Shown in pieces: positions 30,795 through 40,615 of a stretch of DNA of 64,000 nt (position 1 is the stretch's first letter; each line of letters begins with the position of its first letter). The notes below the pieces were generated by a model, which was not told where the DNA came from, did not search any database, and saw nothing but the letters and a program-made list of their open reading frames with translations. This stretch comes from Candidatus Pacearchaeota archaeon. GTDB taxonomy: Archaea; Nanobdellota; Nanobdellia; Pacearchaeales; GW2011-AR1. The stretch is from positions 10,300 to 74,299 of the forward strand of contig JACPHA010000006.1 in NCBI GenBank assembly GCA_016188825.1. Reading direction: 5' to 3'. The position numbers were made by a program, and so were the translations under genes.

Positions 30795-31985
30795 ATGAAA
30801 TTTCAAAAACGCATTTTAAAAAATGGCATCACGGTAATGCAAGAATCCAGAGACTTGCCAATAGTTTCTCTAAGCATAGCCAACAAATTCGGAGCAGCTT
30901 ACGAAACCTCTTATGTAAAAGGCATAGCTCATTTTATTGAGCACCTTGTCTTTACAGGAACAAAAACCAGAACGCACGAACAAATCTCAGCAGAAATAGA
31001 AAAAAGAGGCGGAATTTTAAATGCCTTCACAACTCACGACATGACGGGCTTCTGGTTCAAGCTCCCAAGCGAACATCTCTTTTCAGGTTTGGACATTTTA
31101 ACAGACATGCTCAATAATCCAACATTTAATCAAGAAAAATTCGAAAAAGAAAAACGTGTTATTCTTGAAGAAATAAAAATGTATCATGACAACCCTCAAA
31201 AACATGTTTTTGAAAAAATCGAAGAAAACTTATATAAAAAACCATTTGGCGAAGGCGTTATCGGCTCAGAAAAAACTGTTTCTCGATTTAACAGAGAATT
31301 TGTAGCAAATTATTTTAAAAAAGTTTACAACCCGTCAAACTACATCGTAACGATTGTCGGCTCTGCAGATTTCGAAAAAATCTGTGAATATCTTGAAGAA
31401 AATTTCAAACCTAAAAAAACCTCAATTTTAATGCCGAAAATAACAAAACAAATTTCTCATACGATGGAAGAGCGCCCTGGAATTGACCAAGCGCATTTTG
31501 TTTTCGGAATGCATGCGCCGTTGGCAACAGAAAAACTCTGCTATGCTCTTGAAGTTTTAGATGCTTATCTGGCCAACGGGATGTCCTCCCGCCTCTTCCT
31601 AAAAATTCGGGAAGAAAAAGGTCTTGCATATAACATAAAAGGCTCAACCAGCACAGAAAAAAATTACTCTTACTACACAATCTACATTGGCACAACAAAA
31701 TCTGCCCTGCCCGAAGTTAAAAAAATAATTCTCGAGGAATTTGCAAATGTAAAGAATCTGACTCAAAAACAGTTGGAAGAATCAAAAGAGCGCCTAATCG
31801 GCCTGAGAAAAATATCTTCCGAAGAAAGCATAAATGTAATGAGTGAATTGACATTTGCCGAACTAGTCACTAAAGCTGAAGAATACTATGAGCACGAGAA
31901 AAAAATAAAATCCGTTTCCATAGAAGATGTTAAATCTCTCGCACAAATTAAAGAATATAGCACAGCAGCGATTGTACCGAAATGA
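30795..31985 (+). CDS. M16 (insulinase) family Zn-peptidase
   Basis: GIAHFIEHLVFTGT, GGILNAFT, GMSSRLFLKIREEKGLAY. Confidence 0.95.
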   Translation: MKFQKRILKNGITVMQESRDLPIVSLSIANKFGAAYETSYVKGIAHFIEHLVFTGTKTRTHEQISAEIEKRGGILNAFTTHDMTGFWFKLPSEHLFSGLDILTDMLNNPTFNQEKFEKEKRVILEEIKMYHDNPQKHVFEKIEENLYKKPFGEGVIGSEKTVSRFNREFVANYFKKVYNPSNYIVTIVGSADFEKICEYLEENFKPKKTSILMPKITKQISHTMEERPGIDQAHFVFGMHAPLATEKLCYALEVLDAYLANGMSSRLFLKIREEKGLAYNIKGSTSTEKNYSYYTIYIGTTKSALPEVKKIILEEFANVKNLTQKQLEESKERLIGLRKISSEESINVMSELTFAELVTKAEEYYEHEKKIKSVSIEDVKSLAQIKEYSTAAIVPK

Positions 31986-32536
31986 ACAATGAAAAAACCC
32001 GCACCTTCATCTCAATTGAATTTCCAGATGAAGTAATAAAAGAAGTCGCACGAATCCAAAACCTGATAAAAAATAAAAAATTCACAGGAAAAATAACTGA
32101 GCTTGAAAACTTGCATCTAACATTAAAATTCCTCGGAGAAATTAACAATGAAAATTTAAACAGAGTTAAAAAACTATTAAGTGAAATTAAATTAAAAGAA
32201 TTTGAAGCAAAACTAACTGAACTCGGGACATTCTCTTACCGTGGTGCTCCAAAAATTGTATGGATTAAAGTTGGAGGAGAAGGAATTTTTAATTTACAGA
32301 AACAAATTGATGTCGTTCTTACAAGCTTACTAAAACCAGAAGAAAGATTCATGAGCCATTTAACAATTGCAAGAATAAAATATGTAAAAGACATAAAAGA
32401 TTTTTACAATTATATAGAAAATATTTCTGTTAAGCCAATTAAATTTTCCGTAAAAAGTTTTAAATTAAAATACAGCGAACTTAAGCCCCTCGGCCCAGTT
32501 TACAAAACAATAAAAGAATTTAAAGCAATCAATTAA
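31982..32536 (+). CDS. thpR: 2'-5' RNA ligase / 2',3'-cyclic phosphodiesterase
   Basis: Two HLT motifs (NLHLTLKFLGE, SHLTIAR). Confidence 0.92.
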   Translation: MNNEKTRTFISIEFPDEVIKEVARIQNLIKNKKFTGKITELENLHLTLKFLGEINNENLNRVKKLLSEIKLKEFEAKLTELGTFSYRGAPKIVWIKVGGEGIFNLQKQIDVVLTSLLKPEERFMSHLTIARIKYVKDIKDFYNYIENISVKPIKFSVKSFKLKYSELKPLGPVYKTIKEFKAIN

Positions 32537-32867
32537 TTTTTGGTTTATAATTAATAACAACATCAAAAACTTCAGAAGGCAAAGCATTTGATAAGTACAT
32601 TTGTCCTTCATTATCATTCCCAAATCTATTTCTCAATTCAGAAATTACCTCTCCACCTACTCCTCTTCTTATTGCATCAAGAATGTTATCAAGAGTCATG
32701 CCGTTCTCTCCCAAATTTTTCTCTAGAATTTCAAATAATTTTTCTCTTAAAGGAAGAGCAGGATTATCCAAATAATCATGAATAGATTCCATCAGACTAC
32801 ATAAAATAAAATACTTAAAAATGTTATTATTATAGTTTGTTGTAAAAAAAACTGCACAATTCCCCAA
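32529..32867 (-). CDS. Hypothetical protein (start probably internal, at MESIH)
   Basis: Plausible ORF without a motif. Confidence 0.45.
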   Translation of the reverse strand: MGNCAVFFTTNYNNNIFKYFILCSLMESIHDYLDNPALPLREKLFEILEKNLGENGMTLDNILDAIRRGVGGEVISELRNRFGNDNEGQMYLSNALPSEVFDVVINYKPKIN

Positions 32868-33510
32868 ACTCTCCTGTTCTCTTACCCAAAATTTCTTTCA
32901 ACTCTTCTTCCGAAGCATTCACAATATTTTTCAAACTTCCGAACTTTTCTAAAAGCTTCTTAGCTGTCTTCGGTCCGACAAAAGGAAAACCCTCAATAAT
33001 AAACTGCAATTGCTCTTCTTTTGTCAAAAATATTTTTGCAGCTCTCAAAGAAATTTCTTGATTTTTCTCTCTCTTCGCCAAAACAGAAATATACTTTGCC
33101 GTGTCTTCCTCGCTATGCGTAAAAATTATCGGTGTGTTATAATCAAAAGCAACGCCCAATAAAAATCCCCTAAAAGCATTTTCATGAATTCCCCCTTCAT
33201 AAATATTTGCATCTGCAAAGCCCTCGACAATCAGCAAATTCTTTTCATATTGCTTTAATCCAAGAAGCTGTGAAACAATTCTCTTATTAACTATAGAACT
33301 CTTCAAATCAGAAATAGTTTTTCTTTCAATAACTACGTCATTAACAACATAGTCCCCAACCGCTAATTGTTTAAACTCGACATCAAAACCACTTTCAACA
33401 AGAAAAGAAGCCACAAGAGAATTTTTCTCTCTGTTATCTACAATTATTTTAATCTTCTCTTCCTTTTTCTTCTTTGCTTTCTTATTCGAAAAAATATCAA
33501 AAAATGCCAT
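32830..33510 (-). CDS. ERCC4/XPF nuclease with HhH (Hef nuclease moiety)
   Basis: IIVDNRE, VGDY, IERKT, GFPFVGPKTAKKLLEKFGS. Confidence 0.92.
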   Translation of the reverse strand: MAFFDIFSNKKAKKKKEEKIKIIVDNREKNSLVASFLVESGFDVEFKQLAVGDYVVNDVVIERKTISDLKSSIVNKRIVSQLLGLKQYEKNLLIVEGFADANIYEGGIHENAFRGFLLGVAFDYNTPIIFTHSEEDTAKYISVLAKREKNQEISLRAAKIFLTKEEQLQFIIEGFPFVGPKTAKKLLEKFGSLKNIVNASEEELKEILGKRTGEFGELCSFFYNKL

Positions 33511-33633
33511 TTTTATATAATAGATAAAAATAACAATAAATTTAAATTATCCTATCACGAGTAAAATGTATGCTAAATAATTATTTGAACATTGTATTCG
33601 GCTAGCTAACAAAAATGGGGTTTGAAACATTGG

Positions 33634-35187
33634 TCAAATAAAATCTCCCAATGTCTTCTCCTTTTTATTATTTTTTATTCCGTCTCTTACGTTCTCAATA
33701 ATTTTATACATTTTTTTCTCTCTTGCGCTGGAAGCATAATGATGTGCAACATCTCTTGTATCCTTTGTAATCAAAATTGTAATTTTCCCCGGATTCAATC
33801 TTGCTGTTCTTCCCATCCTCTGAATTTTTCTTATTGCCGAAGGTATTGGCTCATAAAACATCACAGAATTAACTTCAGAGATATCCAATCCTTCCTCCCC
33901 AATCGAAGTCGCAATCAATGTATTTATCTCTCCCGAATTTAATTTGTCTATAATTACCTTCTGCTCTTTTTGTGAAATTCCTGTATTCCCCTTCTTCGCC
34001 TGTCCAAAAAATGTGCTTGCTCTTACGCCATCAATCCCGCTTACCCTCGAAAAAATCCTCGTCGCAGTCTCTCTGAATTGAGCGAAAATAATTACTTTAG
34101 AATTTTTATTTTCTTCAAATTGCTTTTCTAATAAAACAGCAGTTTCCTCTATTTTCGGATGCTCGAAACCTTTTTCAATCAAAATTTTTAAAGAAATAAG
34201 CACTGCGTTAAATTCTCCTGAATTCACCAAAGTCTGCACAGCCCTTGACTTTTTCTCTTTTGCCTGTTTAACTAAGGAATTCATATAACCATAAAGCCCT
34301 GATAATGTTTGCGTTTCTAATAACTCCAATGCGTGCGAAACCTTTATTGCCTGTGCTGTTAAAGAAATTCCCTGCATTGCTGCAAAATCTCTCGCATGCA
34401 TCCTAATCGCAAGATTTCCCTGCAATTTCAATAAAGTTATCTTATTGGCCGGTCCAAAAAGCAAATTCCTCTTCCTCAACTGCTCAACTTTTTCATCAAA
34501 AATTCTCTTCAACAAAATCTTAACCTCAATAAACTCATTCGGAAAAGGCACTTCGACCTTATTAAAATTCATTTCCTGCAAATAATCTTTAACATCTTCA
34601 GACTCCCTTGTCCTGACTTCAATCTCCTCAATATTAAGATGCTTGCAAATCTCGTTTACCTTTCCGGCATCATGCCCCGGCGAAGCCGTCAATCCAAGAA
34701 TCCTCTGATTCTCTGCCTGTTTCTTATAAAAATCAACAACTTTTGTATAATCATAATTCTTCAAGCATCTGTGTGCCTCGTCAATAACAAGCAAGCAAAC
34801 TTCCTTTAAGTCATAAATCTCTGATTTCAAATCATTCGCAATGCACTGAGGCGTTGAAAAAATTATCTCTGCTGTCTGAAAAATCTCTTTTCTTTTTTTT
34901 GCATGCACATTTCCTGTAAACAATTTACTCTCTGCAAAAAGTTCCGGAAGATTTTTCTTGAATGTGTCAAAATGCTGTTGGACCAAAGGTCTTGTCGGAG
35001 CAAGCATCAAAACCTTTCCAAGAGGATATTTTTTCTTTCTCTCAACAGCAAGCATAATTGATATTAGCGTCTTTCCCAAACCAGTCGGCAAAACAACCAA
35101 TGTATTTTTCTCTCTGGCTGTTTCAAATATCCTTTTCTGATAATCTCTCGGCTTTGTTTTTGTTTCCTTAAATTCTATTTCAACCAC
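33634..35187 (-). CDS. Hef/FANCM/Mph1-like SF2 helicase
   Basis: LPTGLGKT, DEAH, GLTASPG, IATSIGEEGLDI, QRMGRTAR. Confidence 0.93.
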   Translation of the reverse strand: MVEIEFKETKTKPRDYQKRIFETAREKNTLVVLPTGLGKTLISIMLAVERKKKYPLGKVLMLAPTRPLVQQHFDTFKKNLPELFAESKLFTGNVHAKKRKEIFQTAEIIFSTPQCIANDLKSEIYDLKEVCLLVIDEAHRCLKNYDYTKVVDFYKKQAENQRILGLTASPGHDAGKVNEICKHLNIEEIEVRTRESEDVKDYLQEMNFNKVEVPFPNEFIEVKILLKRIFDEKVEQLRKRNLLFGPANKITLLKLQGNLAIRMHARDFAAMQGISLTAQAIKVSHALELLETQTLSGLYGYMNSLVKQAKEKKSRAVQTLVNSGEFNAVLISLKILIEKGFEHPKIEETAVLLEKQFEENKNSKVIIFAQFRETATRIFSRVSGIDGVRASTFFGQAKKGNTGISQKEQKVIIDKLNSGEINTLIATSIGEEGLDISEVNSVMFYEPIPSAIRKIQRMGRTARLNPGKITILITKDTRDVAHHYASSAREKKMYKIIENVRDGIKNNKKEKTLGDFI

Positions 35188-35247
35188 TTAAACTTATAAA
35201 ATAAGAAGAATTAAAATCTATCGGATTTCGTCTCTATCTCAATATTA

Positions 35248-35880
35248 CTAAATTTTTAGCTTTTTCCACTTACAATATTCACATGCTCCATTAACTCTAG
35301 GCAGTTTTCCGTTTAAGATTTCAGAAGCCTTTTTGAGAACCTTTCTAACTCTTTCTGGGTCAGTTTTAACTTTGATAATGGTTACTTGAACATCCATTCC
35401 ATTATGCAATTCACATTGTTCTGGATGATAATATGCTAAATAGCCAAAGTTTTCGGTTTTGTATCCATTAGTCTCTAAAAGAAAGGTATAGCAATCTAAT
35501 TGAAGTTGATAGCTTGAATGTGTTTCTTCTGGGGCCTTACTTTTTGTTTTATGGTCAAAAGGCACAATAAGACCATCTTCTGTTTGTAAATACTCGTCTG
35601 GAAGCCCTTTTAGTTTTATGTCGTTTTCTTTATCTTCATAATATAATGTTTTAGGCATATCAAGAGGAAGAACTCCTTTAATTTTTCCTTCAATTAATGG
35701 CGGTAAAATCCCCTTTTCTCGATAAGTGCTAAAGTATTTCTTGATAATTGAGTCCATCTTAATAGGAATCGAAGACATCGGTCCAGATGGTCTTCTTATT
35801 TTCTTCACAACTTGTAGATAAAAGCATCTTGGGCATTCTTCAAGAAGATTCAATGATGACGGAGAGAGGGCGTATGTCAT
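35248..35880 (-). CDS. PD-(D/E)xK nuclease, Cas4/AddB-like (solo)
   Basis: LSPSSL..CPRCF, GLPDEY..FDHKT, QLDCY, CEYCKW. Confidence 0.85.
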   Translation of the reverse strand: MTYALSPSSLNLLEECPRCFYLQVVKKIRRPSGPMSSIPIKMDSIIKKYFSTYREKGILPPLIEGKIKGVLPLDMPKTLYYEDKENDIKLKGLPDEYLQTEDGLIVPFDHKTKSKAPEETHSSYQLQLDCYTFLLETNGYKTENFGYLAYYHPEQCELHNGMDVQVTIIKVKTDPERVRKVLKKASEILNGKLPRVNGACEYCKWKKLKI

Positions 35881-35883
35881 TTT

Positions 35884-36327
35884 TCATTTAATTATTTTTG
35901 ATAGTTTAAAATAAATTCCCTTTGTAAACTTTATTACTTTTTCGGCATATTCCTTATCCAAAATTGTTCCGTAATAAAGCATTCCATTTCTAAAAAATCT
36001 CATTTGGTCAATAAATTGCACTTCATTTTCTTTTAATCCAATTCTTCTTAAATAAGAAACTTCAGCTTCGTGAGCCCTATTTCCAGACGCGTTATATCCT
36101 TCAAGAAGCATTTTTGCTCTCGTTAATTCCATTAGAATATCATAACATTTTTTAACATAATCATTTGCTCCGAGATCATCAATACCCATCGTTTTTATTA
36201 ATTTCAATAAATATTCGTAATTTTGCCCAGACTCTTTAATTAAAAATTCCGCTCTTGGTTTATCTATTGATTGTTTTTTTACAATGCCTAATTTTACAAA
36301 TTCTTCAAAGTTTATTATTGGTCTCAT
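35884..36327 (-). CDS. HEPN-like protein
   Basis: RNGMLYYG (degenerate Rx4-6H/Y motif); overlaps the upstream MNT gene. Confidence 0.7.
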   Translation of the reverse strand: MRPIINFEEFVKLGIVKKQSIDKPRAEFLIKESGQNYEYLLKLIKTMGIDDLGANDYVKKCYDILMELTRAKMLLEGYNASGNRAHEAEVSYLRRIGLKENEVQFIDQMRFFRNGMLYYGTILDKEYAEKVIKFTKGIYFKLSKIIK

Positions 36328-36872
36328 AGTTCAACACTTCCTGCAATCACGACACCATTAAATAGGTTTTCTTTAAGATTTTTGTGAATGTCTTTGAAAG
36401 AATCATAAAAATTAACTACTATTTCTCTTTCTAATTTTTCTTTAAATATTTTTAACTCGACTGATTTTTCTTTCCTTCCTATTACCGCAATGTCTACATC
36501 TGAATTCATTGTGTCTTCTCCTTTTGAATAACTGCCAAATAAAATAATAGTTCCTCCTGCAAATTCTTTTTCTAAAAAATCTGCAAGCCCCGATTCATAA
36601 GTTTGTTTTAAATTATCAACCTTTTTAAGCTGCATCACTTTATGATTTTCCCTGTTTAATTCAATGGACCACCTCTTTGATTCTTTGTCTTGCTCCACTT
36701 TGACAAAATCTCTTTTTTCTAATCCTGGAATAGCTTTCATAACTGCTGGTGGAGAAACCCCGAGCATTTTTGCAATGCCTCTTTGATTTAACGATTTGCC
36801 TAATTTTATGAACAAAAGCCTTAATATCTCTTGTTGGAGTATAGTTAACTCTTGTTTATATATATTTACCAC
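36324..36872 (-). CDS. HTH plus minimal nucleotidyltransferase (MNT) antitoxin
   Basis: LNQRGIAKMLGVSPPAV HTH; IILFGSYSKGED..SDVDIAVI. Confidence 0.88.
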   Translation of the reverse strand: MVNIYKQELTILQQEILRLLFIKLGKSLNQRGIAKMLGVSPPAVMKAIPGLEKRDFVKVEQDKESKRWSIELNRENHKVMQLKKVDNLKQTYESGLADFLEKEFAGGTIILFGSYSKGEDTMNSDVDIAVIGRKEKSVELKIFKEKLEREIVVNFYDSFKDIHKNLKENLFNGVVIAGSVEL

Positions 36873-36976
36873 AGTTTACTTATATTAACTTGGGTTTATA
36901 AATCTATGCTTCTTTCGTCTTAACCAATTTCCCTCAAAAGCACTTTCCTATTCAATTTTTTCATATTTAGACAACT

Positions 36977-37165
36977 GCAAGAAACCTCTTTGCTTTAGCA
37001 AAGAGATGAATTGCACAAGTATTTATTTCTAAAATAATTGAAAAAAGTGAGCTGGGTGTTAGCTCACTGCATAAAAGTTGTAGTGATAACTGTTTGGTTC
37101 TAATTAGTTGCACCACACGCAAAACTAAGGGACGCCCAGTCCTTTAGGGCTGTGGAGGATGTCAC
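36977..37165 (+). mobile_element. Non-autonomous IS200/IS605-like mini-element (both ends, no gene)
   Basis: Left hairpin CTCTTTGC-TTTA-GCAAAGAG; right end GACGCCCAGTCCTTTAGGGCTGTGGAGGATGTCAC typical of tnpB-element ends. Confidence 0.7.
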
Positions 37166-37170
37166 ATTAT

Positions 37171-37461
37171 TTAAATATAAAATCCGTTTGGAGATAGTCT
37201 AAACCAATACTCAGAAGTCTGTTTATTATCCTTATCTTCTCCAACTAAAAATTTTTGTTTTTCTAAAAAATGTGACTCTGCTAGTCTTTCTAAATCCTCT
37301 AAATATACCAAATTTAAATTTTGCTGAACTGCGTAAATACTTGTCCATTTTGGAAACCTCTCTTCAAATATTTTAAACAAATTATCATAATTCTTTAATT
37401 TGGGTAAGAATGGCCTTAATAATTGAATCTCTTTCTTTTCTTGCTCTCTATGATTATTCAT
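37171..37461 (-). CDS. Hypothetical protein, possibly truncated next to the mini-element
   Basis: 96-aa ORF ending a few bases from the element's right end. Confidence 0.45.
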   Translation of the reverse strand: MNNHREQEKKEIQLLRPFLPKLKNYDNLFKIFEERFPKWTSIYAVQQNLNLVYLEDLERLAESHFLEKQKFLVGEDKDNKQTSEYWFRLSPNGFYI

Positions 37462-37484
37462 TTCAAACTCTCCTCAACAATCTC

Positions 37485-38228
37485 TCAGGACAGCCCAAAT
37501 TTATCTAATGTTAATAGACTTGCATTCCTTATTCTCGTTTCTGCAGCTTTAAAATACTTTTCATCAATCTCAATTCCAATAAATTTTCTATTCAATTTTA
37601 AAGCTGCTACGCCACTTGAGCCAACACCCATGAAAGGATCAAGAATAACATCCCCTTCTTTTGTAGCGATTTTTATAATATGCTGCAAAACCCTTATGGG
37701 CTTTTGAGTTGGATGATGCGGATTCTTACATCTCTCAATGCCCATACATATCGGAGATTCTATAAAGTTGTGCATATCTCTCTGATTTGTAAAATTCCAT
37801 TTATGTCCCTTGTTCCACATACAAACAACTAATTCGCAACTGTTTAAGAATCCCGCCCTATGAACTTTAGGAACAGGGTTTGTTTTATGCCAAATCATAA
37901 ACTGAAAAGTATCAAACTCCGGATCAAACGCCTCGTGCCATTTTCCAAGGAGATTATAACTAGTAAATGCAAAAATATTTCCATCTGGCTTTAATACTCT
38001 CTTAAATTCTCTTACCCATCCTTTAGGAACAAAGTCTTTCTTATCCCACTCAGCTACATCATTATTGATATCTTTTCTCCATTTCAGTTTTATATTTCCA
38101 GTAGAATAGGGACTTAGATTATATGGGGGGTCTGTTAAAATTAAGTCTACAGAACTATCTAGTATTTTCTTTATTATCTCATAACTATCTCCCAAATATA
38201 TTGAATATTCTTTATCCATCTTTCCCAA
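37485..38228 (-). CDS. Site-specific DNA methyltransferase (N4-C/N6-A, beta class)
   Basis: DLILTDPPY, HPTQKP, LDPFMGVGS. Confidence 0.93.
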   Translation of the reverse strand: MGKMDKEYSIYLGDSYEIIKKILDSSVDLILTDPPYNLSPYSTGNIKLKWRKDINNDVAEWDKKDFVPKGWVREFKRVLKPDGNIFAFTSYNLLGKWHEAFDPEFDTFQFMIWHKTNPVPKVHRAGFLNSCELVVCMWNKGHKWNFTNQRDMHNFIESPICMGIERCKNPHHPTQKPIRVLQHIIKIATKEGDVILDPFMGVGSSGVAALKLNRKFIGIEIDEKYFKAAETRIRNASLLTLDKFGLS

Positions 38229-39054
38229 GATATACTTTTTTAATATTCTCTAGAGCTTTCTTAATGAAATGAGAATTTTTTTTGTAGGTACTAATAACAG
38301 TATCATAACCTCTTGAAGATTGACAAATAAAATTCCAAAAATCTCTCCCGATAAGAAGTTCTTCCTTTGCAAAAAATTGCTTAACTCTCTCCTGATTCCA
38401 AGGCTTGTCTTCTCCAAATCTATTATAGGCTGTTGCAAAATAAATTTTTATATCCGTATCTTTCGGTAAAATGTTTGATAATATTGTAAACTGCTCTAAT
38501 ATCGCTTCTTTTTCAGAACGCGCTTTTTTATTGTCAAGGTCTCCGCCAATTTTTAATTCAATTAAATAGTGCTTGCTTGTTTTCTTATCAATTAAATAGT
38601 AATCGCTATCATGTCGTTTTCTTTTTACTTTTGTATTGGGAAAAATTTTCCTTAAAACTAAATAGTTTTTAATTGAGGGCTTTATTTCACGTCTCTTATA
38701 TCTCTCAAGGAGTTCAGCAATAATTCTTGTTTGCTTTACACTTAAAGGCCCCTCAACATATCTTTTGACCTCAAAATTAAGCTTAGCTATATTTATTGCT
38801 AATGATTCCAACATATTGCCCAGAGAGCTATCCAATGACCTAACGAGAGCAGTGTAATATTGAATTTCCTTGCCTAATGCTTCTATGAATACATTATGTA
38901 TTTTCATATTGATAATACCTTCGGGGTTAGTTGCTTCTGCCTGATGCCTTGCTTCAAAACCATTAGCGAAAGTGGCCACCGCTGTCCTGACAAGTGCCTG
39001 AATAGTCTCCTCAAGAGTAAAAGTTTGGAGTTCGCTTCCTATTTTTATTGTCAT
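38212..39054 (-). CDS. Type II restriction endonuclease, TdeIII-like
   Basis: RSLDSSLG, SDYY..IELKIGGDLDNKKARSEK, FATAYN, GRDFWNFI; overlaps the MTase. Confidence 0.75.
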   Translation of the reverse strand: MTIKIGSELQTFTLEETIQALVRTAVATFANGFEARHQAEATNPEGIINMKIHNVFIEALGKEIQYYTALVRSLDSSLGNMLESLAINIAKLNFEVKRYVEGPLSVKQTRIIAELLERYKRREIKPSIKNYLVLRKIFPNTKVKRKRHDSDYYLIDKKTSKHYLIELKIGGDLDNKKARSEKEAILEQFTILSNILPKDTDIKIYFATAYNRFGEDKPWNQERVKQFFAKEELLIGRDFWNFICQSSRGYDTVISTYKKNSHFIKKALENIKKVYLGKDG

Positions 39055-39112
39055 AATATTACACCAATATTGGTTTACTATCTTATTATATAAAACTTAC
39101 CAAAAACGGTGT

Positions 39113-39385
39113 ATGGTAGAAAAATATACTTCAAAAAGAGAAAGTCTACTAAAAAGAATAAAAGAGATAGGAAACAAAAGCAAATTCATGGTTCTTGAGC
39201 TTACACAGAACAATGAATTTAGTATTAAGGATCTATCAAAAAAAGTCGGACTTGCTTACAATAAATGCTCCAATTATTGCTCTCGGCTAGAAAATCTCGG
39301 TTTGATATTAAAACGCAAGGAGGGAAAAGAAGTCTTTATCAAAAGCAAAACTAAGCTAAGAGAAAGCTCGGTAATTTTTAATTAA
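39113..39385 (+). CDS. ArsR-like HTH regulator divergent from the R-M operon
   Basis: SIKDLSKKVGLAYNKCSNYCSRLENLGLILKRKEGKEV. Confidence 0.8.
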   Translation: MVEKYTSKRESLLKRIKEIGNKSKFMVLELTQNNEFSIKDLSKKVGLAYNKCSNYCSRLENLGLILKRKEGKEVFIKSKTKLRESSVIFN

Positions 39386-39408
39386 AAGAATAGCCATATT
39401 TACAAAAT

Positions 39409-40068
39409 TCAAACCCCCAACAAAAATAATGCGTACAGTGCAAAAATCAAACTAAGAAAAGCCAAAACTGTCCAAATTATTCTTGAGCCAAAAAAAATCT
39501 GCGTCCCGTCGAGATTTGAAATTGGAAGCATGTTAAAAAAAGCATAATAAGCAGCCAGCTTTGACAAATATTCAAAATCAGGAATATAACTGACGGCAGA
39601 CAATATCAGCAGAGCAACAATTCCTGCTGCTCCAATCAAACCATTATGCCAGTCAGTCATTTCAGTATGGCTGTAATAACCAAATCTCTTTGCTGCTCTG
39701 TATTTCAAAGCTCTTGTTTCATAACTCAAAAAAGTCATCAGCTTAAAAACTCCCAGGCTAAAAACTGAAAAAACCAAAGGCAGAATAACACCAAAGGGCA
39801 ATTCTTTCTTGAAATGCCTCCCTGGCTTGACTCCAAATCTGTAAACATGCCAAATTCGGTGCTCAACACTCGCATCAACCAAATAAGCCATTATTACTTT
39901 TGCGAAAACATTAACAGCAATTATAATAAAAGCAAAAAATAAGATTTGCGGAATAATTTCATACTCTCCTTTCAAAACAAAAGAAAAACTAGCCACAACA
40001 AACAAAATCAAAACCGCCGCCAAAACATGTCCTAATTCTTTCGAATCCATAAAATACATCATTTTCAT
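39409..40068 (-). CDS. M50/S2P-like membrane protein lacking HExxH
   Basis: GLIGAAG and AFFNMLPISNLDG motifs; NVFAK where HExxH is expected. Confidence 0.65.
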   Translation of the reverse strand: MKMMYFMDSKELGHVLAAVLILFVVASFSFVLKGEYEIIPQILFFAFIIIAVNVFAKVIMAYLVDASVEHRIWHVYRFGVKPGRHFKKELPFGVILPLVFSVFSLGVFKLMTFLSYETRALKYRAAKRFGYYSHTEMTDWHNGLIGAAGIVALLILSAVSYIPDFEYLSKLAAYYAFFNMLPISNLDGTQIFFGSRIIWTVLAFLSLIFALYALFLLGV

Positions 40069-40213
40069 ATTTATATAAACATTTTGGGCATAAAATACTA
40101 CTATTCAAACAACAAAAAACCATATTCTCAACAAAAACAATCTTTAAAAACTTCCTTAGTCATATTTTCCAAGCAAACGTAAAGTATAAATACTAGATGT
40201 TTCAAAAAATAAT

Positions 40214-40525
40214 ATGTTAAAGATAAAAAAAATCAGCGAGATGATTGGAAAAAATGTTTTTACTTCCGACGGCGAATACTTCGGCCAGATTGACGATGTA
40301 AATCTTGCTGAAAACAGAATCGATGGCTGGAAAATCCGTGTCGGCTCAAGTTTCTTGTCAATTTTCGGCGGCGCTCGTGGCGTGATTGTTCCGCATCAAT
40401 TCGTAAAAGCAATGGGTGATGTAATAATAATAAACCGCGGTTCTCTGCCCTCCAAATCAGATGAGCCCGATTTCGCATCTCCTCAAGCTTCTTCAACCGG
40501 CGAAGAATCAATTTTAGCGAGTTAA
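40214..40525 (+). CDS. PRC-barrel domain protein (CdpB-like)
   Basis: MIGKNVFTSDGEYFGQIDDV..VIVPHQFVKAMGDVIII. Confidence 0.88.
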   Translation: MLKIKKISEMIGKNVFTSDGEYFGQIDDVNLAENRIDGWKIRVGSSFLSIFGGARGVIVPHQFVKAMGDVIIINRGSLPSKSDEPDFASPQASSTGEESILAS

Positions 40526-40615
40526 ATTTGTCTAATAATAAAAGCATCTCAATCTTTGAGAGTAACCTTAAGATATTTCCAATGTTTTTTTAGTATTCGT
40601 ATCTTCCCATATCCA

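Noticed and set aside
32830..35187. Split Hef as a pseudogene
   Set aside because: Both halves have their own starts, intact motifs and a normal intergenic gap; a two-gene arrangement is more plausible.
35248..35880. CRISPR-associated Cas4
   Set aside because: No cas1/cas2 or array nearby; treated as a solo PD-(D/E)xK nuclease.
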